NCBI GenBank assembly: GCA_050084985.1
Contig: JBITNC010000002.1
Coordinates: 15,748,001 to 15,812,000, forward strand
Source: Nageia nagi
Lineage: Eukaryota; Plantae; Pinophyta
Reading direction: 5' to 3'
DNA: 64,000 nucleotides
The notes beneath the pieces are model-generated. The model did not search any database. It worked only from the letters and a program-made list of their open reading frames with translations, and was not told the DNA's origin. This document shows, piece by piece, positions 12,701-25,889 of this stretch (positions within the stretch are counted from its first letter, which is position 1; every line of letters begins with the position of its first letter). The translations under genes were made by a program, and so were the position numbers.

Positions 12701-13829
12701 AAAACTTAATCACTAGTAGATCTAGGTGCACAATTAGCTCCATAATATCTCATTTTTTTCAACTGTAGGAAGTTATGAATTGGAATCACACCATGGTTCT
12801 TGATGGCTTAAGGAGGGTTACCCATTGCTATGTTACTACTAAACCCACTATAATTGCTCTCTTTAATTGCAAAATTATGAGCTTCTTTCCAACCTTGAAT
12901 GTTAGGGGAGCCTCCTGACTCTTCTCCTATTGACTCTTACTACTACAATCTGGCTTGTTGGATATGACACCATGGAGATTCCTACTGGTATTTTTTTCTA
13001 TATATTTTTAACTCTTAGACTTTGGAGTCACTTTAGATGCTCTCTTGCTCCTTTTATATCTACTTTTCTACAATCTCATTGACTATTTTTTTGTCATTTG
13101 TGGACATTAATATTAAATTTCAAATTTAATTCAAGGCATGTGTATGAAAATAAATGGATGGTTATTATTTCATCCAATTGGCACCCTCATCCAAGCTTTG
13201 AAAACTACAATTTTTGAACTTATGCTTCTTGAATTCTTGTCATCAATTTCCTCAAACACATTGGAATTAAAATTAAGTTGTTAGGAATTGATGTTGACCA
13301 TTAAAGAGAAAACTAAGAGTTATCTCACAGATTTCAAGAAGGCTAAAAGTTTATGTAGCCATTGAATAACCACCATGATTGTTAGACTTCTAAGAATATG
13401 ATTTGAAGAATTGTATGATGTATTTGTTTGTTTTAGTGATATTATAGTGTACCATAATGTGAAGGAGAATGTATTAACACTTTGAAAAAGTTATGAGTTC
13501 ATTTGGAATTGAAATCAACATTTTGTTCAATTCTTTTTCTATGAAAAATATGTTTGTAGTCCTTGAAAATGAAGTCAACTTATAAAGCTCATAACTTTTG
13601 ATTTATTGCTTCATTTTGTGTTTTCTTCACATTGTTGAAAAACTTGTTTAGAGATGATTTCAATGATATAAAATTTACCATACTTTGTATGTGAATTGCC
13701 ACCATAATGCTAGTTTTTATGCCACACATTTTTTTTTTCAGTTATAACACATAATTGCCAATGATATGCTTAACTTTCATCATGATTCTTTAGAGTTTTG
13801 TTGCTCCATTTTGGAATCGTTATATGTTA

Positions 13830-16800
13830 TTTTTTTGAGTAAAAAGTAAAATTTTTATTAAAAAAATTAGATTGTACAATCAATTATGAGAATCCTACAT
13901 TTCTTGGCCAGGCTCCAAATGTGACTAATTGTAGTTATTTTGTCTTTGCAAGATCCAAATCTTATGTGTTCTATATCTTGTACCTCTTCTTTCTCTATTG
14001 AGGCTTGGTTCCACTGAAAACCATTGATCGCTCTTGCTCTTCTTGACCTCTTTTGTGAGTCCCCATATTGTAATTGCTTTCAAAGTTGTGCCCATATATA
14101 TGTTTCCTCAACTATGAGAATCTTCTTTTTCTTTGGCTCAAAAGCTCTCTACCAATTTCTTGATAATGATGCCCCATGTTTTTTCTTTTGGTCTAAATTC
14201 TTCCTTGAAAATCATGTTATTTCTTTCTAGCTAAAGCTGCTACCAAATGGAACCCAAGCTCAAATTCCAAGTTGTTGTTAATGTCTTAGATTTAAATGGG
14301 TTATTCTTCCAGTAGTCACAAAAGGTGTTATCATTAAAATAGGGTCTATATGTTTGATTGAAAATATTGTACCACCAATCCCAGATTATTTTAGCATAGG
14401 GAAAATCCAAGAGGAGGTGGTTTATTGGTTCCTCTTCTTAATGGCACATTATACACCAACTTGGTTCTATAAAACCTCATTTCTTCAAATTATCTTGGGT
14501 CATAATATTATTATTTGTTGTTGTGATGGAGGCTTGGAATTGTGGATAATCCTTTTGTACCATTCTTTATTGTGTAAATGCCCAGTCTTCCATGTCCCCA
14601 TGCTAGTTGATAAGGTCCATTTCTCCTTGTCCACCTATTGCATTCTAGGATTTGTTTCAATTCCCTTTTCTCCTCCCAATATTTACCTAGCCTTTGCTCC
14701 ATGTCATCCTACGTTCTTAGATTGGCTTCTTGATGCTTTAGAGGTCAGAGATAATAAAAAATGTGGGTCCATCCTTTTCTCTGAAAGGCTTCTTTAAAAC
14801 CATTGAGATGAGGGTATTGCTTAATTATATGAGGGAAAAGTTCCCATGAGTCTTCCCATAATTAGGAATTTTTTCGTCTCCCACTTTCCAATGTAACCCT
14901 TCTTTGATCAATGGTGTTCCTCTCTTAATTGTTGTCCAGATTTCTAAACCTTCTCCTATTATTGGGATTCAAGGAAGATCTTCTAATCCATAAGCAGGGT
15001 AGTATTTTGTTGTCAAAACTTAGATCCAAATTTAGTCTTGGTTGGTGAGCCATATACAATACAATTTACATGTTAAGGCTTGATTATATGTTGTTATTTC
15101 TCGAATCCCAAGTCCTCTTGCTTCCTTTGGCAAAAAACCTTATCCCAACTTATTGATGCTCTTTTGTGATCTCTTTGTTTCCTGACCATAAGAATATTCT
15201 CATCAATTTATCTAAGTCTTTAAGGACACTTTTTGGGGTTGAAAAAGTAGAAATTTATACTCTAGCATTGCTTAGAGCACTTATTTCAACAATATTATTC
15301 ATCCTTATAGACTCAATAATTTGTGGGTACAATGTGATATCTTCGAATGGAGTTTATATATTAAAAATTTCCAATATTAAAATTTGAGTCTTTTCTATAT
15401 CAATGGAATACCAAGATATTCTAAGGGTAAGGAAGCTTATGAAAATCTTAGGATATGAGTTATCTTATATCTGAATTTGTATGTCACATTCAAAAACATC
15501 ACTTTGGATTTTGCTTCATTTAAAAATTATCAAGTGGTTGCATGTAGTTGTCCATGATTCCTCTAATGCTAATTGATTATTTGATTATTGCTTACCCCCC
15601 ATATCCTTATATCATCTACGAACTATAGGTGGGTAATCATTATATCCTTATTTATTTGCAACCTTGCAACGAAGTTTTGTATTTTTTTCTTCTAGATTAG
15701 TCTTTCTAAACCTTTTGCAAAAAGGATGAAAAGATACGAAGAAAGGGGATCCCCTTGTTTGATGCCTCTAGAAATTGTGAATAGTTAGGATGAGGACCCA
15801 TTAATAAGTATCGAGAAGGAGATTGTTGAGATGCATTCCATTAGCCATTTAATCCATTCTTCCATAAAATCATTTTTTTGTAGTGTTTGGAAAAGAAAGT
15901 TCTAGCTTACCCCATCATAGGCCTTAGATATGTCAAGTTTTAGGAACATTCCTTGGCTTTCTTTTTTGGCAAAGTTGGTGGATAGTTTCCTATGCTACCA
16001 TAGTTCCATTTAAGATTTGCCTTCACTGCACAAATCCTCTTGCTATGGAGAAATGAAATATGGAATATCTACTTTAGCCTATTTGCCATCTCTTTGGTGA
16101 TTATTTTATATAGCAAATTAAAAATGGAAGTATATTGCTCCTAATTGTAAATTATTAGTGTTGGATCATTATCTAGTTGTGTTGGTTCATTATGCCCTAT
16201 ATGTTGCTCATGGATTGGTGTGTTTTGCACTTATATGTATTTTCCTCTATCCCCTCATCCCTTTTAAGTATTATTATTATTTTGTTAATGTAGGTTGAGG
16301 TGGTTGAATCTCTCTTTTCTCAGGCTTCTCTAAATTCTTTGCTTGATTTGAGCTTAGGAGTTCTTCTCCTTCCATTGGATCATCCAACCTTAGGATCTCA
16401 TATTTATTGGAAATGATTTTCCTTTCTTAGTGTTGATTTATGTTTCCTCCATTTTGTTGATTTCTTCCCCTTGGTTACTATTTTTTGTTCATATTCTCAT
16501 AACACCTTGGGATTCTTGTTCACTTTCTTTTTGTGGGGGTTGGGTTCTTAGGTTTGGACTTATTTGTTGTATCTCTTCTTCAGCTAATTTAGGGAAATAT
16601 ATAACTAAATGTCCCTATTCATGATGAGCTCTACATTTGAATGGAACTTATTCATAGTTTATCTATTGCCTTCAATCCTCCCTTTTACTTTGAGATCAAT
16701 TTCTTCTAGAAAGGATTTTCCCAAGTCCATCTCGATATAGATTCATACATATGCAACTGATCCTCTTTCTATTGATTCTCGTGATATTCCTATTTAAGTA

Positions 16801-17400
16801 CTCAAAATATTTCCTATCATTTATAGAATCTCCTCTCTAAAACTCCAACAAAGTGCAAATAGTTTTAATCAAATTAGAGATACTAAGGGTTCAATTTTAG
16901 GGCCAAAGTAGGTTGCCAAAGTTGCATGAATAATCCTATGAGGCCAAAATAATACGATCCTCCCTCAAAGGCCTTGTTCTTATCAAATACTAGTATGAAC
17001 TCTACTACGAAATACCCATTTGATAGTGTTATAATGTTCAATTCCTCTTGTGGTGCCTAGTTTTTTTATAACCCATGAATAGAAAATTCTTGGAGGCTAG
17101 AGCCCCACAAACTTGCATATTACGGCATGTGTAGATTTGTACATAATATCATTTGCTATGAGTTTCTCTGCTATATCCAGCATTGGGAATATTTTTGTCT
17201 AGGGTAGGCATCCATTTGGTTTAGCTTGCTCAGCTTATGCCTCCTTCCTCTGACCCATGGTTCATAGAATCTTCTGAGCTTATGCCTCCTTCCTCTGACC
17301 CATGTTTTGTATAATCTTCCAAGCTTATGCCCTTGTATCATCTTCTTTGCCATTTCTACCTTTGATTGCTCCCATAAAAGATTGCATGTTAAATTATTTG
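13830..17400 (-). mobile_element. Decayed L1 LINE with internal deletion of the endonuclease region
   Basis: A-rich tail at ~13830; RT motifs MFLKLDISKAYD and RGIKQGDPLSSYLFIL (15700-16120); DUF4283/zinc-knuckle ORF1 remnants at 16600-17200 joined close to RT; 45-bp repeats at 17232-17335. Confidence 0.85.
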
Positions 17401-17878
17401 GGGCTTTAAGTCATTCCATAATAGACCCCCTTTAAGAGGATTCTGAGATTGTTTTTTCTAATATAATATTAAAATTATTATAATAATATTAAGAATATAA
17501 AATTCAAAGAGTATTGAATAATATAAATATTTTCAAGGAATTGAAGACCTTATGAAAATTACCATTTACCAAAAGATATGGGGGTTTGTATTTTCCTTTT
17601 CAAACCCTTGATGTTCTTACTTGACGCACCTCGAAAGACTCCATGCCCATGGCACATGTAGATTGTGCAAAGCCTTATTGCATGTAAATTCACATGCCCA
17701 TGGCCTACTTGACATCTCCTTTATGCAAAAGTTATCCTCCCTCTACCCTCATTCCTTATGCCCTTTAGTGCAAAAACTAGAGCATCCCAATCACCATCTC
17801 CCTTCCATTTAATATTCAATATTGAGACTAATTTTGAATTTAAGTAACATTAGTGTTGAAAATAAATAATAAAAATTT

Positions 17879-20800
17879 GAAGGTTGCGCTCTAAGCCATT
17901 TTGCATGCATTAGGGTTTGATCGTATCCTCATACCGTAGCTCCATTGGGAGACATTGTGGGAAGCTCCACTTGGCATTTATTGATTGGCTTTAACTATCT
18001 TTTCTATTGATTGGTGAACAATCTACTTATTTAATGGCCTTAACCCACTCTGGAGCTTCGAATTTTGTTGAAGCTACTAGAGGAAGCCATGACACCCAGA
18101 ATGAACAAGCAACCCCAAAAATTCATCCCCAACATTTACCATGAGGTAATGTCTCTCCTCTAAAAGTTGTTATCTTATTGAGTGAGTTTAATAGTACATG
18201 TTATTGGCTTGAAAATCATACTCTAGTTGGCTATTTTCTAGGTCGTATCGCTGAAGAGTCCATCATTCGTACTTGGATACAACAAACTTGGCTTGGGGTT
18301 AAGGCATTCAGAACCTGACTAAGGTTTTTTTATTTAATTTTGTTTTGCTGACCTTGCTTAGGCTCGAGCAATTCTTAGCCGTGGACCTTGGCATGTCCTT
18401 ATTTACCTCTTAGTTTTCCAACCATGGAACAAGAGTTTCTTTGTCTCCAATCTGGTCTCTCTAAGGGTTCTAGTTTAGGTTGAATTTTTTATTCTTCCCC
18501 TGCCTCTTTGGTCGTATCACCAACAATTGTGTGCTCCTATTAGTGAATTTATCTATTGTGAAATGGATAGATTCTATGCTTTCCACCCTCAAAAAAGGTT
18601 TTGTGTTAAGGTCAACCTTTCCAAGGACCTTAAGGAGTATGTTGATGTCCAAGTCAGTGACCATCACTTTTAGCAATGCATCATTTATATCAACTTGCCA
18701 AACACCTATTATCGTTGCCATTCTAATTCTCACAAGATAAAGGATTACCCTCTAATGGAAGAGAAAAAAGCCAAAGAGGTTACTTTGATGCCTTCTCCTA
18801 TTGCTCCTGCTTCGAAATCCAATAAATGAGTGGTAAGTTGTTAAGAAAAAAGGCAAGTCTGTGAAACAAACCCTATCTTATAATGTTCCTAGTAGTTCTA
18901 GTCCCCCAAATGCTCCGATGGGTGCGATAGTTGCTCAATCGTTGGTTAGCTCTGTTGCCACCAACCCTATTGTGATTGTTGTGTCTCCTTCTAATGGTAG
19001 TGTCTCACAAATGGTAGATTCCTTTACAAAGACTATTATTTACTTGATGGTGTCTATGACTTCTCAAAATCCCCCTGTGCGTACAATTGTCTCTAAGTCA
19101 CAAGGCTCTTAGGAGCCTAAAAATATTCCTATCAATGGATGGCAGTCCCATATCCTTCTTTGAGGTGAAACCATGAGACATCTTGACAAGAGGAGGCAGA
19201 TGGATTTTGGAAGATTAAGCCATGAATCTCTTTTCAGTAATCCTTATGACTCTCTCAAATTTATCGATGATATTGAGGATATCGAGGTTGTGATGCACCT
19301 TGACCATATCCCATGATTTTTCTCTCTTGGAATGTAAGGGGATTGATGGACCTAGTCCAAAAATACTTGGTCCAAGATGAAATTACTATGTGTTCCAGTT
19401 ATTACGGAGTTCCTAATGTCATATATTCGTAAGAAATCAAGATTTTTGATTTTATTTTGCAATGTACTTACCCTTTTCTATGGCCAAGTTGCCTATTTTT
19501 TGCCACCAATCATACCCTTGGTAGTGGAGGCACTATCATTCTCTTGCCATCTCATAGAAGGATCATTTGGTTACTTGGGGCATGGACCCTTTCAATCAAG
19601 CTATTTGGGTCTTGCTTGAAGTGGATAGAATGTCATTTGGGATTATTAATGTGTATGCTACCAATAATGCCCATGATCGATGTAGTCTTTGGAAGTGGTG
19701 TGCTTTTTTACTTCCTCTTTCTATGTGGGTCATGTGCGACAATTTCAATATGATTGAAAAGCCATCTGATAAGGTGGGGTATTATCCCTTGCGATGGGCA
19801 GTGGGAGAACGTGAAGCTTGGTATTTTATATGAAACAAGCTCAATTTGTCATACCCTAATGCTTATTTTTCTTCCATCGACTTCCTTGAGAATGTTTGGT
19901 ATACGTGGTCAAATTTTCAAGCTGGCCATGGATGTATTATCAAACAACTTGATAGGGATATGCTTTTCGATCATTCCCATTTTTTCTTTCATAAGAAGCA
20001 TACCTCTACCCCCATTGTTAAAACTATACTTAGTACTATGAATTCTGATCATGCTCCCATCATGTTTACTATCATGAGAAAAGACCCTCCATAAAGACAC
20101 TTCAAGTCCCAATTTTTCTTAAATACCTCTTTCCTCCATCACTCACCCATGGTTTGCCACATTCATAGAATTTGGAATCTTATTGCTCATCCTATGAGTG
20201 ACTTTGGTTGGATTGAATAGTGGAATGATGCCATTGTTCGAACCACTATCCTCTTGCACACTTTGGGTAAGAAAGTGCTCAATTTCAGAGGTAGTCCATA
20301 GCAACACTTCATGATGAGCTTGCTAGAGCTTCCACGGAGCTAGAACCTAGCCCTTTTAATTTGTAGCTTCAATCTCAAGTTGCTTAGCTCTACCATGAAC
20401 TCAAAATGGATGAGTTGTATGATGTGAAAGGTGCTCAACTTAAGGCTCATCTTCATTGGCTTCATATTGGTGATTGTGTCATGAAAGTATTTTTTCACAA
20501 GCTTCATCCTCCTAGACAAGCCACTCAGTTTAAAGCTCTTCAAGTTGATGGTGCTAGTATCACCTCTCTTCCTGAGATGACTTAAGCCTTTGTTAGCCAT
20601 TATACCAATGTTTTTACTGCTTAAGCTTATACTCTTGATAGAGAATAAGCTCTTGTTGCCTTCCTTTCGATCGATCAGCTAATCATCGAGCTGAATGTGA
20701 TAGGCTTTTTACCCTTAAAGACCTTAAGGAAGCCCTGTGCTAAATGGCTAATGATAAAGCCCTTGGGTTGTATGGTTTCCCGTGTGAATTCTAAAAGCAC

Positions 20801-23743
20801 TTATGGGACATGGTTGGTCATGATCTTCACAAAGTCTATCTAGAAGCAATGAAAACGAGGTCTCTTAGGGGGATTATCAACAAGGGAAATATCAAGTTCA
20901 TTCCCAAGCCTTGGGATCATGAGATTATTACTAATTGAAGATCGATTACCCTACTTAATGCTAGCTACAAGATTATATAGCCAAGGCCCTTACTCTTCAG
21001 GTTTGACATTTACTCCCTCCCTTTACTTGTCAAACCTAAAACAAATTGGCTTCATAAGAGGGTTTTACATTCTGAACAATGTCTTGGCTATTTGGGAGGG
21101 AATGGAATGGGCTTGTCTTTCTATCTAGGATGTTTTATTCATAAAGATAGACTTTGAAAAATCCTATGACATGATAGAGTGGAGATTCATTCTCACCATA
21201 TTAAAAGCTCTTAGGTTTGGGCCTGTGTTTATTCAATCCATATCCATGCTCTTTAAAGATGTTTCTACTATTTTATTTTGAACCTCAACAACTCCCATTT
21301 TGAAGCCATTGGGATTTTCATGTCAATTAGGCAAGGATGCCTTCTTTTTCCTTCATTATACATCCTTGTTGCTGACACTCTTGGCTATCTCCTTGCTGCT
21401 CAAACTTCCCAAGGATGCATTTATGGTATTTCCCTTCCTCATAATTAAATGCACATGGTTAATGATCATTTTGCTGATGATTCATTTCTTATGATTAGAG
21501 TGAATGAACAATCTATTTTCAATGCTCTTTCTTGCCTTGATACTTTTTATAAGGTCTTTGATTTAAGAATTCAATGGAAAAAGACTTCTTGTTATAGACA
21601 ATCTACCTATGATCCCCTAGATTGGTTTCAAAAGTTTTAGTGGAAATGGATCAATCCTGCAGAAGTTTTCAAATTCCTTGGAATTCCCTTTTCTTTACAA
21701 GGTCATCCGACTCAACTTTGGAGCTAAGTTGTTCAAAAAGTAGAGAAAAAATTAGAGTATTGAATGATTAAAAACCTCTCCTTGGCTAGGAAGTTTCAAA
21801 TTTGCTCTAAAGTCCTTGCTACGACTCATGTTTACTATTCCTCTTGTTGGATCCCCTCCCAGGCATGCTACAACAAGCTAGAAAAATTGTTAAGGGATTT
21901 TATTTGGAGTAATTCGTTTGATAAGAATGGCTTCCACATAGTGGCATGGGATATTTGTTGCCTCCCTAAAGAAGAAGAGGGTTTGGGAAGGCTTGACTAT
22001 AAATGTCAAGGTATTTCCTTATGTGCTAAGTGGATTATTAGTGCCATATGAGGTAATGAGTCTTGGAAGATCCTGGTTTGGTACTTTATCTCAACAGATC
22101 TTCCTCTTAACCATCGAGCATGGTGAGGTATTTACCTCCCCTCTCTTATTACTACTTTGGTAATGATTAAGATCTAGGGCTCCTTTGTTATCAGAAGCAT
22201 CTATAAAGTTTGGCAACAACTTACTCCTTAGCTTCACTGGAAAGGTTTTGATTTTCATAAAGTTTTATCTTTTAATTATATGAACATTTGGTGGTCCTCT
22301 TTCTTTGGACTTAAAGGTATGCCTCTTACTTTAGTTCAATGGGTTCATGCCCCCTACGATTCCTCAAAAAAGGTATTAGCTCCATCACATATTTCTTTTG
22401 TTAGCACACCAGAGATTGGATTCCTAGGGATTCTTTGAAGCATAAATTTAAACTCAACAATGCTGATAAGGATACTTTTAATTCATTTATTAATGCTACC
22501 CCCCATGAAATGCTTCATAATATTTGGGTTTTCTCTCAGATACCATTGTGGACAGATTGGCATTGGCATGTTGACACTCTATTTCTTAGCTACAAAGCCT
22601 GTATAGGTTAAAAATGGCTTTCCCCATGGCATCTAAATTGAATTTTCATTGGGATTTGATTTCTACTAAGTCTCGTTAGAGGTCTCAATTTTGTAATGTT
22701 TGTTCTTCCTATCTTGAACCTAAAAAAACATTTTTTGCTTGGAGTCTTATGCATGAAGGGCTTCTCGTTGGCTCCTAGTTACATTATATGGGTGTTCTTA
22801 ACCCTAAGTGTGCTTTTTGTGGCAATCTTGAGTCTTTCCTTCACTTGTTTTGGGAATGTCCTAGCTCCCAAAAAGCTTGGGAGTGGATATTTTCCTTATT
22901 TCCCCCCTTTTTTATGTCTAGAGTATCCTGGCCTCAAGCCTTGCTAGGGGATTTCCATACCTATCTTTGAAGTCTAGCGTAATAGAATTATTTTCAAGAA
23001 TCATACTCCTTACATATTATTTGGCCTACTTGATAAATTGAAATTTTTTAATGATTACTATAGGTGAAGATTATTTCTCAAGCTAATAAAGTTCCAGTGG
23101 AGGTTTATCACCTTCAAGATTTGTTGGCTTATTGGGTCGAGGGTCCTTACACAATCAACAAGGTTCCTCCAAATCGTAGCTATCGAGAATGCTCTTGTTC
23201 TCACCCTCATCTTTGACTCCATTGTATATTTAACATGCTTCTATAGACTTGCTAGGCTCTTCCAACCACCATTGGTCGTAACCTTTTCATCCCAAGAAGA
23301 AATTCAAGTTTGCTGCAGCTTGCTCCTCCCATAAAAAAGGAGGGTGGGATGATGGCCGACCTAAATCCTCTCATGCCACAGTTGGGTGGGGGGATATGAG
23401 AGGAAATGCCAGCTCTGGCTAGGCTACTACTAAAGTTAATTATCTTCATAATCGTTGGATCCCAATTCATGATAATACTTGGCAATGCATGCAATTTGGA
23501 AATGAGCGTAGCTCAGTTGGGCATAATGCCCCCCATAATTCTCCTCATAATAATTGCACTGCTGGTTAGACGTGGGTTTTTTGTGATGTTGGTGGCCTTG
23601 GGCAGTTAAATATGTTATTTTGTTTTTCTCATCATATCCTAACCTATGGTGAGTTTGATCTCCTATGGGGTGTGTTAACTCCACCCACTTTTTTGTAGGA
23701 AAGGGTTTTTTATTTAATATAAAAAGCCCTTTCATTAAAAAAA
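17879..23743 (+). mobile_element. Near full-length decayed L1 LINE
   Basis: ORF1 DUF4283 (LVGYFLG, RGPW, VFQPW) plus knuckle; ORF2 starts 19313 MIFLSWNVRGL; EN (INVYA, DNFNM, SDHAPI); RT (KIDFEKSYD, HFADDS); CAFCGNLESFLHLFWECP; A-tail; imperfect TSD AAATAATAAA(A/T)(A/T)TTT at 17864 and 23741. Confidence 0.92.
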
Positions 23744-24199
23744 TAATAAATTTTTTACCTCAAAATAGTTTCCTCAAAATTCAAAATATGAATGTCAACA
23801 CTTAAATAATTAACAATTAGCTTTTCTAAAAAATATGAATATTCCATTTTTGAAATAATAAAGAGAAATAATAGAAAACTAACAAAATAATATCATGTCA
23901 TTTATTTAATTATTAAAATATAATCATCAATGGATAAGGTCATGAAAAATCTATAAAGGTATGCTTATTAGCTCAAAATGCAAGAAAAAGTTTGAAATTA
24001 TATTTGTGGCTATGTAATGCGCTATAACTTATGGATTTTTAAAAGGATCTCCTAAATATTTACAATACATCATGGTTGTAGATATAGCATCATAACTAAT
24101 TGCTATTAAAATAACACCCCTATAATTGTTTAGCAAAATCCTAAAATAACATATATACTAGATAAAGGAGGAGACTACATTTTAATCCAAATAATTGAA

Positions 24200-25372
24200 A
24201 TTTATGTTTGTACATGCCAGTTCCAATTCCCAACAAACCTTGGGATATTATTTCAATGGAATTTGTGTGAGGATTACCAATGTCTAGGAAGGATATGCTT
24301 ATTTATTTTTAGTGGTGGATAGATTCAGTAAAATACATGTGTTATTCTCTTGTAAGAAAATCATAATAGGTCAAGATACAACAAACCTATTTTTTTTTCT
24401 CATTTTTGGATTCAATTTGGTTTTCCCACATCTATTGTATCTAATAGAGATTCAAGGATTTTAGGTAAAATTTGAACTAAAATTTATACAAAAGGATGGA
24501 CATGAAATTGAAAAGGAGCACCACCTTGCATCAGCAAATAGATGGATAAATTAAGGTTGTGAATAGGATAGTGGTTCAACTCTTGATGGGGTATTGCAAA
24601 AAGCATCCAAATACTTAGGATGAACAACTTCTCTATTATATTAAATATTCATATAATAGAGTAGTCCATACTACTATCAATAAAACTCCATTTAAGATAT
24701 GTTTTTTGAGTACCTTGTACCATTGCCATTTAATTATTTTTTTAGGAAGTGGGATGACCATGATCAAGTAGTCTTGAAGGAAGAAGAACAAGATGATAAG
24801 TTCATTGAGAAGAATTGATATGTTCATATGAATATGTAAGAGAAACTTAATACCATTCAAGTACAATACAAGTTGAAACATGATCAACATAAAGATGATC
24901 ATAAATTCAAAGTGAGAGACAAGGCATGGTTGTATCTCAACAAGAAAATATTGCAAGGTCAAGCTAAGAATTTGAAACCTCTTTGATATGGACCTTTTGA
25001 TATCATTGAGTAAGTAAGAATTCTTTTAAATTAAATATTATTGCCTATATGCAAATCTATTTAGTGGTTAATGTGGAGAATTTGAAGTTGTTTGGATCAA
25101 CCTTGATCACTGAAGAAGGAGGAGAAGAATATGTTTTGCCATCCACTTATGACTTATCGCCTAATATTATGAAAATACTTAGGGATGATTGTGTTGTAGA
25201 AGAAGGTTTGTATCACTATAAGAGGACAACAAGAGGTCTGATTGGTTTGACTGAAGGGATAACTACCTAAGAAGGCAAAGTAGTATAACAAAACTAAGCT
25301 CGAGGAGATATTTCCTGACTCTACTCAAAAGTGAAGCTTTTGATGATAAAAAATATTTTTAGTGGGGAGGTG
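24200..25372 (+). mobile_element. Ty3/gypsy integrase remnant with PPT
   Basis: PIPNKPWDIISMEFV, VVDRFSK, GFPTSIVSNRD, YGPF, VVNVENLKLF; PPT AGTGGGGAGG at 25361 followed by TG. Confidence 0.8.
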
Positions 25373-25889
25373 TGATTCAAAAGGATCATATAGATTATAA
25401 ATAAACATCTTGGAGTGAGTATTCTAATTGGGAACTTCATGCTCAAGTATTTGAAGCATCACCCATGGGTCTTGTGGAGTTTGCTTGCTGTTTGAACCTA
25501 TCAAAATAGAATTGTGAACTTTTAGAGGGAATATTTTTTTTTTTTAATAAAGCTCTAGTTGATGCAAATGATACATCATTGGATAGACCTCAAAAAGATA
25601 TTTCTAATTATATATTACTTAAGCATATTTGAATAATATTCAACCTTCATTTTGGCTTTGCACCAAACTATAATAGGCTATAAATGTAGCACTATACAAT
25701 AACCATAGAAGCATGTTACTATAGTGTTATTATGATCATAGAAGGACACAACCATAACAACTAGTACAATAACTATTGAAGGCTAAATCAGAGTTATTAT
25801 ATTAACTATAAAAGCCTATTAATATAGTGTTACAATGGTGTGTCATGAGAAGTTTCATAAGATTATAATAACCATAAACTATAGGAGGT

